NCBI GenBank assembly: GCA_963666905.2
Contig: OY763008.1
Coordinates: 3,924,071-3,988,070 of the forward strand
Direction of reading: 5' to 3'
Length of the DNA: 64,000 bases
Origin: Alphaproteobacteria bacterium
GTDB taxonomy: Bacteria > Pseudomonadota > Alphaproteobacteria > SP197
Position numbers and translations under genes: made by a program. Below are positions 28,539-39,374 of this stretch, piece by piece. Positions within the stretch are counted from its first letter, which is position 1, and each line of letters opens with the position of its first letter. The notes beneath the pieces are model-generated. The model was given only the letters and a program-made list of their open reading frames with translations, was not told the origin of the DNA and did no database searches.

Positions 28539-29306
28539 GTGAACAATCGCAGGATTTCGGGTGCCGTGACGATGCTCGGCAAGGAGATTGGGGCGGCTGA
28601 GAAACAGCACCGGGATCTTCTTGCCCAGGCGGCGAAACTCGAGGAGAGCATCGCCGAGATGAAACAGGCGCAGTCCGTTCTGGAATCGCTTTCTTCCGAC
28701 AAGAAGAAGCCGTCCGGGGCTTCGCGCAAGCAGGCGCCCCGCCAGCGGCGCAAGAAGAGGGCCGCATCCGTCGAAGTCGATTCGGCGATGGTCCTCGACA
28801 TCATCGCCGCCGGCGGCGCAAGGGGCCTCAAGCGCTCCGCCGTGGTCGACGGCATCAAGGAGCGCGGCGGCGCGGTTCCCGCGCGCAGCGCGCTTGTCGG
28901 GATTCTCGGCGGCCTCGAGGAGAGCGGCAGCATTCGCCGTGACGGATACCGGTTCGTCGCCGCCGGGGAGGCGGCGGAAGCCGAAGCCGCACCGGCCCCC
29001 GAAGAGGCGCCGCAGGACGGCGACGCCCAGGCATGGGAAGATCCCCCGGCCGCCGCCGAAGCGGCGCCCGCGAGGCGGGGACGCCCCCGCGCTCCGGTCT
29101 CCGAAGAGGTCGCGCAGGCCATGGGCGAGGTCATCAACGTGATCGAGAGCGCCGGCGAAAACGGCGCCAGGAGTGCCGCCATTCGCGGCGCCGTCGCCGA
29201 AAAAACCGGCGTGACGCTGACACCGGCCCAGACCACGAGGGCCCTCAAGGATCTCATGGCCGCGGGCAGGATCCGCCGCGCCGGCCACAGCTACTTTGCG
29301 GTGTAA
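28539..29306 (+). CDS. hypothetical protein: coiled coil, basic linker, and two winged-helix-like repeats
   Basis: GTG start with a GGAAGGA Shine-Dalgarno sequence. There is an internal duplication: both repeats end in G(S/R)IRR(D/A)G(Y/H)x(F/Y)(V/F)A. Confidence 0.5.
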   Translation: MNNRRISGAVTMLGKEIGAAEKQHRDLLAQAAKLEESIAEMKQAQSVLESLSSDKKKPSGASRKQAPRQRRKKRAASVEVDSAMVLDIIAAGGARGLKRSAVVDGIKERGGAVPARSALVGILGGLEESGSIRRDGYRFVAAGEAAEAEAAPAPEEAPQDGDAQAWEDPPAAAEAAPARRGRPRAPVSEEVAQAMGEVINVIESAGENGARSAAIRGAVAEKTGVTLTPAQTTRALKDLMAAGRIRRAGHSYFAV

Positions 29307-30370
29307 TCCGAATTGACGCCGGGCCCGCGTTCCCCGGTCGTTTCCGGGAACGCGGGCACCGGCACCGAAACCTCGCGGGCCGCGTCGACAAGTCCCTGCC
29401 AGACTTCGGCATGGAGCGCGATGCCCGATTGCCTTTTTCGCGATTCGCTTTCCCGTTCCGGGTCCCCGGGGACTCTCACCCTGTCGGTTCCCGGCGCCGG
29501 CGGCGTGGCCCGTAAATTTTCGATAATTCTCCGTGATTGGCGGTCGTAGTCCTCGCCGGCGCCGAATGCGCCGGTGTCCAGCGCGATGATGAGCCAGTTG
29601 AATTCCAGCGGCGGTCCGAACATGGCGCCGCCGACCAATTCGCCGATGACCGCAAGGCCGTAACCCTTGTGGCCTCCGGCGGGCAGAATGGCGCCGCCGT
29701 CGGCGTAGTCGTCGAGGCTGGTGGTCGCACGGCCGTCGCGGTCGATCAGCCAGCCTTCCGGCACGGCCTCGCCGGTGCGGCGGCGAAGGCGAAGCTTGCC
29801 GTTGGCGACGACGCAGGTGGCAAAATCCACCGAGACGTCTCCGGCTCCGCCGCCGGGCAGGGCCACCGCCCAGGGGTTCGTCGACAGCGCCGCGCCGCGC
29901 CCGCCGTGGGCCGCCACCATGCGCCACGGTCCGCCGCCCCCGCCGCCGAGGACCATGGCCAGCCTGCCGCCGGCGGCCAGGCGTTCGCTGTAGGCGCCCA
30001 GCCTGCCCGTGTGGGAGACGTTGGCGATCCCGGCGCAGGCGATCGGCTCGTCCTCCATCGCGGCCGCGAGCTCGTCGACCGCGCGCTCCATGGCGAGGAT
30101 GCCGAGCCCGCCGCCGCCGTCGACGGCGATCACCGAGCGGCCCGTCCGGCGGACACGGACCTCGGCCGTTAGCCGCACGCCGCCCTGCGCGAAGAGGCCC
30201 AGGTAGTAGGGAACGCGGTTGACCCCGTGGGAGACGACGTTCTTGAGCTCCGCATCGACGAGGTGGGCGGCGACGCGCCGCCGGTCCTCCGGCGTCATGC
30301 CGGCGCCGCCCAGGATGTCGGCGCAGAAGGTCTCGAGCAGGTCGGCCTGGAACGTGGGCATGCCGCGCAT
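29291..30370 (-). CDS. Ldh_2 family (malate/L-lactate/sulfolactate dehydrogenase-like) oxidoreductase
   Basis: Motifs SHGVNRVPYY and GGHKGYGLAV. Its 3-prime end overlaps the convergent gene by 16 nt. Confidence 0.7.
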   Translation of the reverse strand: MRGMPTFQADLLETFCADILGGAGMTPEDRRRVAAHLVDAELKNVVSHGVNRVPYYLGLFAQGGVRLTAEVRVRRTGRSVIAVDGGGGLGILAMERAVDELAAAMEDEPIACAGIANVSHTGRLGAYSERLAAGGRLAMVLGGGGGGPWRMVAAHGGRGAALSTNPWAVALPGGGAGDVSVDFATCVVANGKLRLRRRTGEAVPEGWLIDRDGRATTSLDDYADGGAILPAGGHKGYGLAVIGELVGGAMFGPPLEFNWLIIALDTGAFGAGEDYDRQSRRIIENLRATPPAPGTDRVRVPGDPERESESRKRQSGIALHAEVWQGLVDAAREVSVPVPAFPETTGERGPGVNSDYTAK

Positions 30371-30426
30371 GGTCCGGGATTCCGTGCGATGGTACAAGCT
30401 CGCGAAGACGACAGGGAGGACGGATC

Positions 30427-31101
30427 ATGCGGCGCGCGCTCGTCACAGGCGGCAACAGGGGTATCGGTTTCGAGATCTGCAGGGGCCTCGCCGCAGCCGG
30501 GATGAACGTGCTGCTCTGCGCCAGGAACGAATCGGACGCTGAGGGCGCGGCCGCCGGCCTCGCTGCAGCCGGGCTCCCGGTCGAGGGGGCCGTGGTCGAC
30601 GTCGCCAGCCCGGAGTCGATCGACCGCCTGGCCGCGCGGGAGCTTCGGGTCGACGTGCTGGTCAACAACGCCGGCGTGCTCGCACCGGGCGTGCTTCTGG
30701 AGGGATCCGGCGATGGCATGGAGGAGTCGGCCGCGGTCCACCTCTTCGGTCCCTGGCGCCTGGCGAGGGCCTTCGTGCCCGCCATGGCGCAGCGCGGCTG
30801 GGGACGCGTCGTCAACGTCTCGTCCGGCTGGGGCTCGTTCGCCGAGGGCCTCGGGGGGCCGGCGGCCTACGCCATCACCAAGGCCGCCCTCAACGCCCTG
30901 ACGGTGCGGCTGGCCCGCGAGGCCGGTGCCGGGGTCAAGGTGAACGCGATGTGCCCGGGGTGGGTGCGCACGCGCATGGGAGGCGGGAACGCGACGCGGT
31001 CGACCGCCGAGGGTGCCGACACGGCCGTCTGGCTGGCGACGCTGGACGACGACGGACCGACGGGCGGCTTCTTCAGGGACAGGAAGCGGGTCGCCTGGTA
31101 G
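30427..31101 (+). CDS. short-chain dehydrogenase/reductase (SDR)
   Basis: Cofactor motif TGGNRGIG, NNAG, and the catalytic YAITK. Confidence 0.8.
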   Translation: MRRALVTGGNRGIGFEICRGLAAAGMNVLLCARNESDAEGAAAGLAAAGLPVEGAVVDVASPESIDRLAARELRVDVLVNNAGVLAPGVLLEGSGDGMEESAAVHLFGPWRLARAFVPAMAQRGWGRVVNVSSGWGSFAEGLGGPAAYAITKAALNALTVRLAREAGAGVKVNAMCPGWVRTRMGGGNATRSTAEGADTAVWLATLDDDGPTGGFFRDRKRVAW

Positions 31102-31106
31102 GGCCT

Positions 31107-33047
<1,941 letters not shown>

Positions 33048-33191
33048 TGAGGAGCACTCCCTCGTTCGGCGTCGGGCGGACAGCGAAGTGTGGCCCGGCA
33101 ACCCCGCCGGAATCAAGATTCGGCGCCGCCGCGCGTTGTCCGCCGGCGCCCGCCCGGTCTAGTGTGGCGGTCAAGCGAACCGGGGGATGCC

Positions 33192-33938
33192 ATGCAGCTC
33201 AGCCTTTCGACCTGGCAGGACGTCGAACGCTACCTTGAGACGCGGTCGGGCATCGTCATGCCCGTCGGCTCGACCGAGCAGCACGGCCCCAACGGCCTGA
33301 TCGGCACCGATGCGATCTGTCCCGACGTCATCGCCGCAAGACTCGGCCAGGACACCGGCGTCATGGTGGCGCCGACCATCCAGGTCGGGGTCGCCCAGCA
33401 TCACCTCGCGTTCGCCGGTTCGATGTGCCTGCGCCCCTCGACGCTGATCGCCGTCGTGCGCGACCATGTTGTCTCCCTGGCGCGCCACGGTTTCGACCGC
33501 TTCTTCTTTCTCAACGGCCACGGCGGCAACATCGCGACCCTGGCGGCGGCCTTCGCCGAGATCCACTCGGAAGTCTCGATGGGGGATCGCCCGCCCGCCC
33601 GGGCGCTGCGCTGCACCCTGTCGAACTGGTGGGATTCGGCGGGCGTCAAGGCGATCAGCGCCGAGCTCTACGGAGCCAACGAGGGGGAGCATGCGACCTG
33701 CAGCGAGGTGTCCGTCACCCGCTTCGCGTTTCCCGATCACATCAAGAACGTGAACTTCGCCGGGAAGGCGCCCGCCTACACGGGCATTCACGATGCCGAA
33801 GACTATCGCCGGCGCTATCCCGACGGCAGGATCGGCAGCCTCCCCTCGCTGTCGACGCCGGAGGCGGGCCGCCGCCTCGTGGAGGCGTCCGCCGCCGACC
33901 TCGCCCGAAAACTCGAGCGATTCCTCGAGGAGGAGTGA
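33192..33938 (+). CDS. creatininase-family amidohydrolase
   Basis: Motifs PVGSTEQHGP and FLNGHGGN. Confidence 0.7.
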   Translation: MQLSLSTWQDVERYLETRSGIVMPVGSTEQHGPNGLIGTDAICPDVIAARLGQDTGVMVAPTIQVGVAQHHLAFAGSMCLRPSTLIAVVRDHVVSLARHGFDRFFFLNGHGGNIATLAAAFAEIHSEVSMGDRPPARALRCTLSNWWDSAGVKAISAELYGANEGEHATCSEVSVTRFAFPDHIKNVNFAGKAPAYTGIHDAEDYRRRYPDGRIGSLPSLSTPEAGRRLVEASAADLARKLERFLEEE

Positions 33939-33941
33939 CTC

Positions 33942-35498
33942 ATGGCGAGGAACGTCATGAACGGGGCCGAGAGCCTGGTGCGCACCCTCGTGGACGGGGG
34001 CGTGGACACCTGCTTCACCAATCCCGGCACCTCGGAGATGCACTTCTGCGCCGCGCTCGACAAGGTCGACGGCATGCGCTGCATCCTGGGACTCTTCGAG
34101 GGCGTCGTGACGGGGGCCGCGGACGGCTACGGGCGCATGAAGGACGGCCCGGCGGCGACCCTGCTTCACACCGGTCCCGGACTGGGCAACGGCCTTGCCA
34201 ACCTGCACAACGCGAGGAAGGCGCGGACGCCCGTCGTCAACATCGTCGGCGAGCACGCGACCTACCACATCGCCCACGACGCGCCGCTGACCTCGGACAT
34301 CGAGGGCATCGCGCGGCCGGTCTCCGACTGGGTGAGAACCAGCGCCGACGCGGCCTCGGTGGCCGGCGACGGCGCGCAGGCGATCGCCGAGGCGAGAACG
34401 CCCCCGGGGAGGATCGCGACCCTCGTCCTTCCGGCGGACACGGCGTGGGGCGAGGCATCCGGACCGGCGGCGGTTCCCGGGGCGCCCGCAAGGCGAATCG
34501 TCGACGATGCGGCCGTCCGGGCCGCGGCGACGGCGCTTCGTTCCGGTGAACGGGCGCTGATCCTCGTCGGCGGCCGGGCCCTGCGCGCGGATGCCCTCGA
34601 CCTCGCCGGCCGCATCGCGAAGCGCACCGGCGCCATGCTGATGACGGAGTTCGCTGGCGCCCGCACCGAGCGCGGCGCGGGACGGGTCAATCCCGAACGC
34701 ATGCCCTACGTGGTCGATGTCGCTCTCGCCGTGACCGCCGGCGTGCGCAACGTCATTCTCGCCGGCGCCAGCATGCCGGTCGCCTTCTTCGCCTATCCCG
34801 GCAAGCCGAGCCTGCTGGTTCCGCAGTCCGCGAAGCCGGTGCCGCTCGCGGACGCCTCCGAGGACGTGCTCGACGCCCTCGAACGCCTGGCCGACGAGCT
34901 CGGCGCCAGGGCTGTCGAGCCGCGGCGCGAAGCCCTGGAAAGGCCGGAACCGAGGACCGGTGAGCTCGACATCCACGCCATCGCCGCGGCGGTCGGCCAC
35001 CTCATGCCCGAGGGCTGCATCGTCTCCGACGAGGCCATCACCTCGGGCAGAAACCTGCACCCCTTCACCAGGGGCGCTCCGCCCCATGACTGGCTCTTCG
35101 GCACGGGCGGGTCCATCGGCCGGGCGCTGCCGGAGGCCACCGGCGCGGCGGTCGCCTGCCCGGACCGCAAGGTGCTGTGCCTCACCGGCGACGGCAGCGC
35201 CCTCTACACGGTGCAGGCGCTGTGGACGCAGGCGCGGGAGAACCTCGACGTCGTCACGGTCGTCTACCACAACCGGACCTACGCCATCCTCCACACGGAA
35301 CTGCTGAACGTCGGCGCCACGCCCGGGCCCAAGGCCCACGACATGTTCGATCTCGACCGCCCCGAGATCGACTGGGTGGCGATGTCCCGGAGCATGGGCG
35401 TGGAGGCCCGGCGGGCCGGCACCGCCGAGGAGTTCAACCGCGCCCTGGCCGACGGCTTCGCGACGCCGGGACCGTTCCTGATCGAAGCCCGGATCTGA
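33942..35498 (+). CDS. thiamine-diphosphate-dependent enzyme (acetolactate synthase large-subunit-like)
   Basis: N-terminal FTNPGTSEMHF and the ThDP-binding motif GDGSALYTVQALWT...NRTY. Confidence 0.75.
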   Translation: MARNVMNGAESLVRTLVDGGVDTCFTNPGTSEMHFCAALDKVDGMRCILGLFEGVVTGAADGYGRMKDGPAATLLHTGPGLGNGLANLHNARKARTPVVNIVGEHATYHIAHDAPLTSDIEGIARPVSDWVRTSADAASVAGDGAQAIAEARTPPGRIATLVLPADTAWGEASGPAAVPGAPARRIVDDAAVRAAATALRSGERALILVGGRALRADALDLAGRIAKRTGAMLMTEFAGARTERGAGRVNPERMPYVVDVALAVTAGVRNVILAGASMPVAFFAYPGKPSLLVPQSAKPVPLADASEDVLDALERLADELGARAVEPRREALERPEPRTGELDIHAIAAAVGHLMPEGCIVSDEAITSGRNLHPFTRGAPPHDWLFGTGGSIGRALPEATGAAVACPDRKVLCLTGDGSALYTVQALWTQARENLDVVTVVYHNRTYAILHTELLNVGATPGPKAHDMFDLDRPEIDWVAMSRSMGVEARRAGTAEEFNRALADGFATPGPFLIEARI

Positions 35499-35531
35499 GC
35501 CTCAGGAGCACAAGGCGGGGGAGGCGTATCG

Positions 35532-36524
35532 TCACACGCCGGACCAGGTGTCCTGCGCGAGGCGGTCGACGACGCTGCGGGGTCCGGCCCTGCCATCGAG
35601 GACGGCGTCGACGGCCGACACCAGCGGCAGCGCGATGCCGAGCCTGCCGGCCAGCGACGCGACGGCCGCGGTGGCCGACGCCCCCTCGACGACATCGATC
35701 CTGTCGCTCAGGAGATCCGCGACGTCGCCGCCTTCACCGACGGCCCGGCCGAACCTGAAGTTTCGCGAACGGGTCGAGGTCGAGGTCAGGATGAGATCGC
35801 CGAGGCCCGCCGGCCCCATCAGGGTTTCGCGGCGGGCGCCGAGGGCTTCGCCGAGGCGGATGATGTCGGCAAGGCCGAGACCGATGACCGCGGCGTGGGC
35901 GTTGTGGCCGGCCCCCAGGCCGAGCACCATGCCGCAGGCGATGGCGACCACGTTCTTGACGGCGCCGGCGATTCCCAGACCGATGCGGTCGTCGGAGGCG
36001 AGGATGCTGAAGGCCGGGCCCGCCAGTGCCCGGCGAAGGCGGGCGACACCGCCGGCCCCGCCCGCCGCCACCACGACGGTGGGCAGGCCCGCCGCCACTT
36101 CGGCGGCGAAGGAGGGGCCGGACAACGCGACGACTCCGTCCCGGCCGAGCGCCGAGGACGCGACGTCGTGCATCAGCCGCCCGGACCCCGCCTCGATCCC
36201 CTTGGTCGCCACGCAGACCGTGGCGCCGGCGCCGAGGTGAGGGGCGAGGTCCCGGCAGACGCGCCCGAGATGGGCCGACGGCGGCGCCAGGATCACCACG
36301 CCGGCGGCGCCGAGACGGGCGAGGTCGCCTGTGGCGGCGATCGAGGGATCGAGGGCGATGCCGGGCAGGAAGAGGACGTTCTCCCGGCGATCGTTGATGG
36401 CCTCGACGGTCTCCGCTTCACGGGCCCACAGTGTTACCCTGCAGCCTGCCCGCGCGGCCGCCGTCGCGAGCGCGGTTCCCCATGCGCCGGCGCCGGCGAT
36501 GCTCATGTGAAGGACATCCGTCAT
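35532..36524 (-). CDS. gpsA: NAD(P)H-dependent glycerol-3-phosphate dehydrogenase
   Basis: Motifs GAGAWGTALA and NFRFGRAVGEG. The real start may be the internal ATG at 36506. Confidence 0.85.
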   Translation of the reverse strand: MTDVLHMSIAGAGAWGTALATAAARAGCRVTLWAREAETVEAINDRRENVLFLPGIALDPSIAATGDLARLGAAGVVILAPPSAHLGRVCRDLAPHLGAGATVCVATKGIEAGSGRLMHDVASSALGRDGVVALSGPSFAAEVAAGLPTVVVAAGGAGGVARLRRALAGPAFSILASDDRIGLGIAGAVKNVVAIACGMVLGLGAGHNAHAAVIGLGLADIIRLGEALGARRETLMGPAGLGDLILTSTSTRSRNFRFGRAVGEGGDVADLLSDRIDVVEGASATAAVASLAGRLGIALPLVSAVDAVLDGRAGPRSVVDRLAQDTWSGV

Positions 36525-37500
36525 GACCGCGGACTATAGCACCCGCACCGGCGGTGGCGCGGGACGGAACGGGAAGCGCAAGCGGCTGAGAATCGCCACG
36601 CGCGGCAGCCGGCTGGCGCGACTCCAGGCGGCCATGGTGGAAGGGGCGCTGCTGGCCGCCCATCCCGCTCTTGCGAAGCCGGAGGTGGTGACCGTGCGCA
36701 CGACCGGCGACAGGGTGCGGGACCGTCCCCTCTCGGAAGTGGGCGGCAAGGGCGTCTTCACCGCGGAGGTCGACCGCGTGCTCCTCGACGGCGGCGCCGA
36801 CATCGCCGTCCACTCGATGAAGGACGTGGAAACGGCGCTTGCCGACGGGATCGCGCTCGCCGCCTTCCCCGAGCGGGAGGATCCCCGCGACGCCTTCATC
36901 TCGCCCGTGGCGGGCTCCATCGGCGATCTTCCCGAAGGCGCCCGCGTCGGCACGTCGTCGGTCCGCCGGCGCGCGCAGATCCTGAGTCTGAGAGCGGATC
37001 TCGAGATCGTCCCCTGGCGCGGCAACGTCGACACCAGGCTCTCCCGCCTCGGCGATGGCGGGGTTGCCGCGACCCTGCTGGCGCTTGCCGGACTGCGGCG
37101 CATGGGCCTCGAGGACGAGGTGACCGCGGTCGTCCACCCGGGCGTCATGCTCCCGGCCGCCGGCCAGGGCGCCATCGGCGTGACCTGCCGGTCCGGGGAC
37201 GAGGACGCGGCGGCGCTCCTGAAGGCCATCGATCACGGGCCCACGCGGCGATGCGTGGAGGCGGAGCGGGCGGTTCTCGCGGTGCTCGACGGCTCCTGCC
37301 GGTCCCCGGTCGCGGCCCTTGCGAGGCTGGAAGGGGCGATGCTCCTGGTCGAGGCCATGGTCCTGTCGCCGGACGGACAGCGGTGGACGAGGACCGAGAT
37401 CCGCCGGCCGTCGACGGACCCGGGCGCGGCCGGGGCGGAGGCCGGGGAGCGGCTGCTCCGGCGCGCCGGCCGCGACCTCTTCGGGAGCCGGTCTGCGTGA
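36523..37500 (+). CDS. hemC: hydroxymethylbilane synthase
   Basis: LRIATRGSRLARLQA, GDR..D.PL...GGKGVFT, and the cofactor Cys region DGSCRSPVA. Confidence 0.85.
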   Translation: MTADYSTRTGGGAGRNGKRKRLRIATRGSRLARLQAAMVEGALLAAHPALAKPEVVTVRTTGDRVRDRPLSEVGGKGVFTAEVDRVLLDGGADIAVHSMKDVETALADGIALAAFPEREDPRDAFISPVAGSIGDLPEGARVGTSSVRRRAQILSLRADLEIVPWRGNVDTRLSRLGDGGVAATLLALAGLRRMGLEDEVTAVVHPGVMLPAAGQGAIGVTCRSGDEDAAALLKAIDHGPTRRCVEAERAVLAVLDGSCRSPVAALARLEGAMLLVEAMVLSPDGQRWTRTEIRRPSTDPGAAGAEAGERLLRRAGRDLFGSRSA

Positions 37501-38216
37501 CGGTGCTGCTGACACGGCCACGGGCCGACTCGCTTGCCTTCGCCCGCATCCTGGAGGACCGCGGCGTCGCATCGGTCGTCGCCCCGCTTCTGACGATCGT
37601 CCACCGGCCGCCGGCGCTGCCGCCGACGGACGGAGTACAGGGCCTGGTGGTCACGAGCGCCAACGGCGCCGATGCGCTCGCCCGCACGGCGGTCCCGCGG
37701 TCCCTTCCGGTGCTGGCCGTGGGACCGGCCTCGGCACAACGGGCGCAGGCGCACGGTTTCAACAGCACCTCGGCGGCAGGCGGCGATCTCGAAAGTCTCG
37801 CGGCGATGATCCGGGAGCGGCTGGACCCTGGGGCCGGGGACCTCCTGCACATCTCGGGATCGGCGGTCGCCGGCGACCTCGGCCGAGACCTCGGGGCGCA
37901 GGGATTCGCCGTCAGGCGCGTTGTCGGTTATCATGCGCAAGCTGCCTGCCGCCTTCCGCGGGCAGCCCTGGAAGCGCTTCTGGACGGTCGACTCCTGGGT
38001 GTGGCGCACTTTTCTCCAAGAACCGCCGCGGTCTTCACGCGCCTCGTCGAGCGGGAAGGCGTCACGGCCTCCCTCAACCCTCTCGTCGGCTTCTGCCTCA
38101 GCGAGGCCGTGGCCCGGTCCCTCGAGCGGCCGTGCTGGAAAGATCTGGTCGTGTCGCCCCGGGCGCAAGCCGGAAGCCTTGCGGAAGCCATCGCCTGTGC
38201 CGGAGAGCGGTCATGA
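37497..38216 (+). CDS. hemD: uroporphyrinogen-III synthase
   Basis: GTGA overlap with hemC. VLLTRP start, about 240 aa, weakly conserved family. The position after hemC supports the call. Confidence 0.6.
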   Translation: MTVLLTRPRADSLAFARILEDRGVASVVAPLLTIVHRPPALPPTDGVQGLVVTSANGADALARTAVPRSLPVLAVGPASAQRAQAHGFNSTSAAGGDLESLAAMIRERLDPGAGDLLHISGSAVAGDLGRDLGAQGFAVRRVVGYHAQAACRLPRAALEALLDGRLLGVAHFSPRTAAVFTRLVEREGVTASLNPLVGFCLSEAVARSLERPCWKDLVVSPRAQAGSLAEAIACAGERS

Positions 38217-39340
38217 CGTCTGACAACGGCTCGCCCGACAACACCATCACGGACGTGGAGTGGACGGAGGAATCGGCGGCGCCGCGCGGCCCCTGGCAGC
38301 GGGTCGCCGGGCGCTTCACGCAGCCCCGGCGATGGTTGACGACGGCGCTGCGGGCGGCCGCGGCGCTGGCCGCCGGGCTCGTCCTGGCGGCGGGCGCCTG
38401 GCTGTGGATCGAGGTCGCGCAGATCGGCGCGCGCCTTGCGGACCTGGAGGCGGGGCTTTCCTCCCTCGAGAGCGAGGTGGCGGCCCTCGACACCGCGCCG
38501 GCGGCCGATCCCCGCGTGGACGGCCTGCGGGACCGTCTCGCCGCTGCCGAGGCCTCGATCGCCGACGCCACGCGCCTGCGCGGGGAGCGGCTTGCCGCGC
38601 TCGACCGGCGGATGGCGGACCTCGCCCTCGGCCTCGACGCCATCGAGAAGGCGCCCGCCGTCACGCCGGCTGCCGCCGACCGCCCCCTCGCGGCCGGCCT
38701 GCGGCGCCTCGACGAGGCCGCTGTCGCGCGCGACCGCCGCATCGAGGCTCTCGAATCCCGCGTCGCGGCCCTGCTGGCGGTCCCGCAGAGCCCCGCCGGG
38801 AGCGAGTCGGCGGATGCCGCGTTCGTCATCGCCCTGGGCCAGCTGCGGGAGGCCATCGACTCCGGCGGGGCTTATACGGACGCCCTCGAGACCGTCGCCG
38901 CCCTCGAGGCCGCCGACGCGGACGTGCTGGCGGCTCTCGAAGTGCTGGCCCGGCACGCCGGATCCGGCGTTGCGGCGCAAGGCGAACTCGAGGACGCCCT
39001 GCGGGAGGTGCTTGCGTCCGCCGTTGAGGCGGAGAAGATGGCGGCGGCCGACGGCTGGTTCGAGGAATCCCTCGTGCGCTTCGAGAGCCTCGTGACCGTC
39101 CGGCGTATCGACGGCGACGCGACGGGCACGGACACGGCGGCCGTCGCCTTCAGGATCGAGGCGAGGGTGGCCGACGGCGACCTCGAGGGGGCGTTGCGGG
39201 AGGTCGGGACCCTGCCGGCGCCAGCGGCGGCAGCGATGGAAGGCTGGGCCGCGGACGCCCGCGCCCGCAGCGAGGCGCTCGGGGCCCTGGACCGCCTGCA
39301 CGCCTGGGCGGTCTCCCGCCTGGCGGCCGGACCGGAGTAG
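38213..39340 (+). CDS. Mic60/mitofilin-like membrane protein (COG4223-type)
   Basis: ATGA overlap with hemD. One TM helix, a long Ala/Leu/Asp-rich coiled-coil region, and a location between hemD and hemY as in other alphaproteobacteria. Confidence 0.45.
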   Translation: MTSDNGSPDNTITDVEWTEESAAPRGPWQRVAGRFTQPRRWLTTALRAAAALAAGLVLAAGAWLWIEVAQIGARLADLEAGLSSLESEVAALDTAPAADPRVDGLRDRLAAAEASIADATRLRGERLAALDRRMADLALGLDAIEKAPAVTPAAADRPLAAGLRRLDEAAVARDRRIEALESRVAALLAVPQSPAGSESADAAFVIALGQLREAIDSGGAYTDALETVAALEAADADVLAALEVLARHAGSGVAAQGELEDALREVLASAVEAEKMAAADGWFEESLVRFESLVTVRRIDGDATGTDTAAVAFRIEARVADGDLEGALREVGTLPAPAAAAMEGWAADARARSEALGALDRLHAWAVSRLAAGPE

Positions 39341-39374
39341 CGCCCTGATCGCCCTCGTCTTCTACATAGCCCTG

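Noticed and set aside
29324-29356. An 11-bp-stem hairpin (CCCGCGTTCCC...GGGAACGCGGG) 17 nt after the stop of the 28539-29306 gene, considered as a possible terminator.
   Set aside because: It has no U-tract, and it lies inside the C-terminal coding region of the convergent Ldh_2 gene. GC-rich palindromes of this size are common here, so it is not called as a feature.
33192-33938. The creatininase-family gene as a possible MftE peptidase of a mycofactocin cluster.
   Set aside because: There is no radical-SAM gene (mftC), no mftB and no small precursor ORF nearby. The neighbours are acs and a ThDP enzyme.
36506-36524. The divergent gpsA and hemC ORFs appear to overlap at their start codons (36523/36524).
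   Set aside because: This is probably an ORF-extension artefact. gpsA has an internal ATG at 36506 directly before its GAGAWG Rossmann motif. Even so, the intergenic space is very short, and I could not identify promoters.
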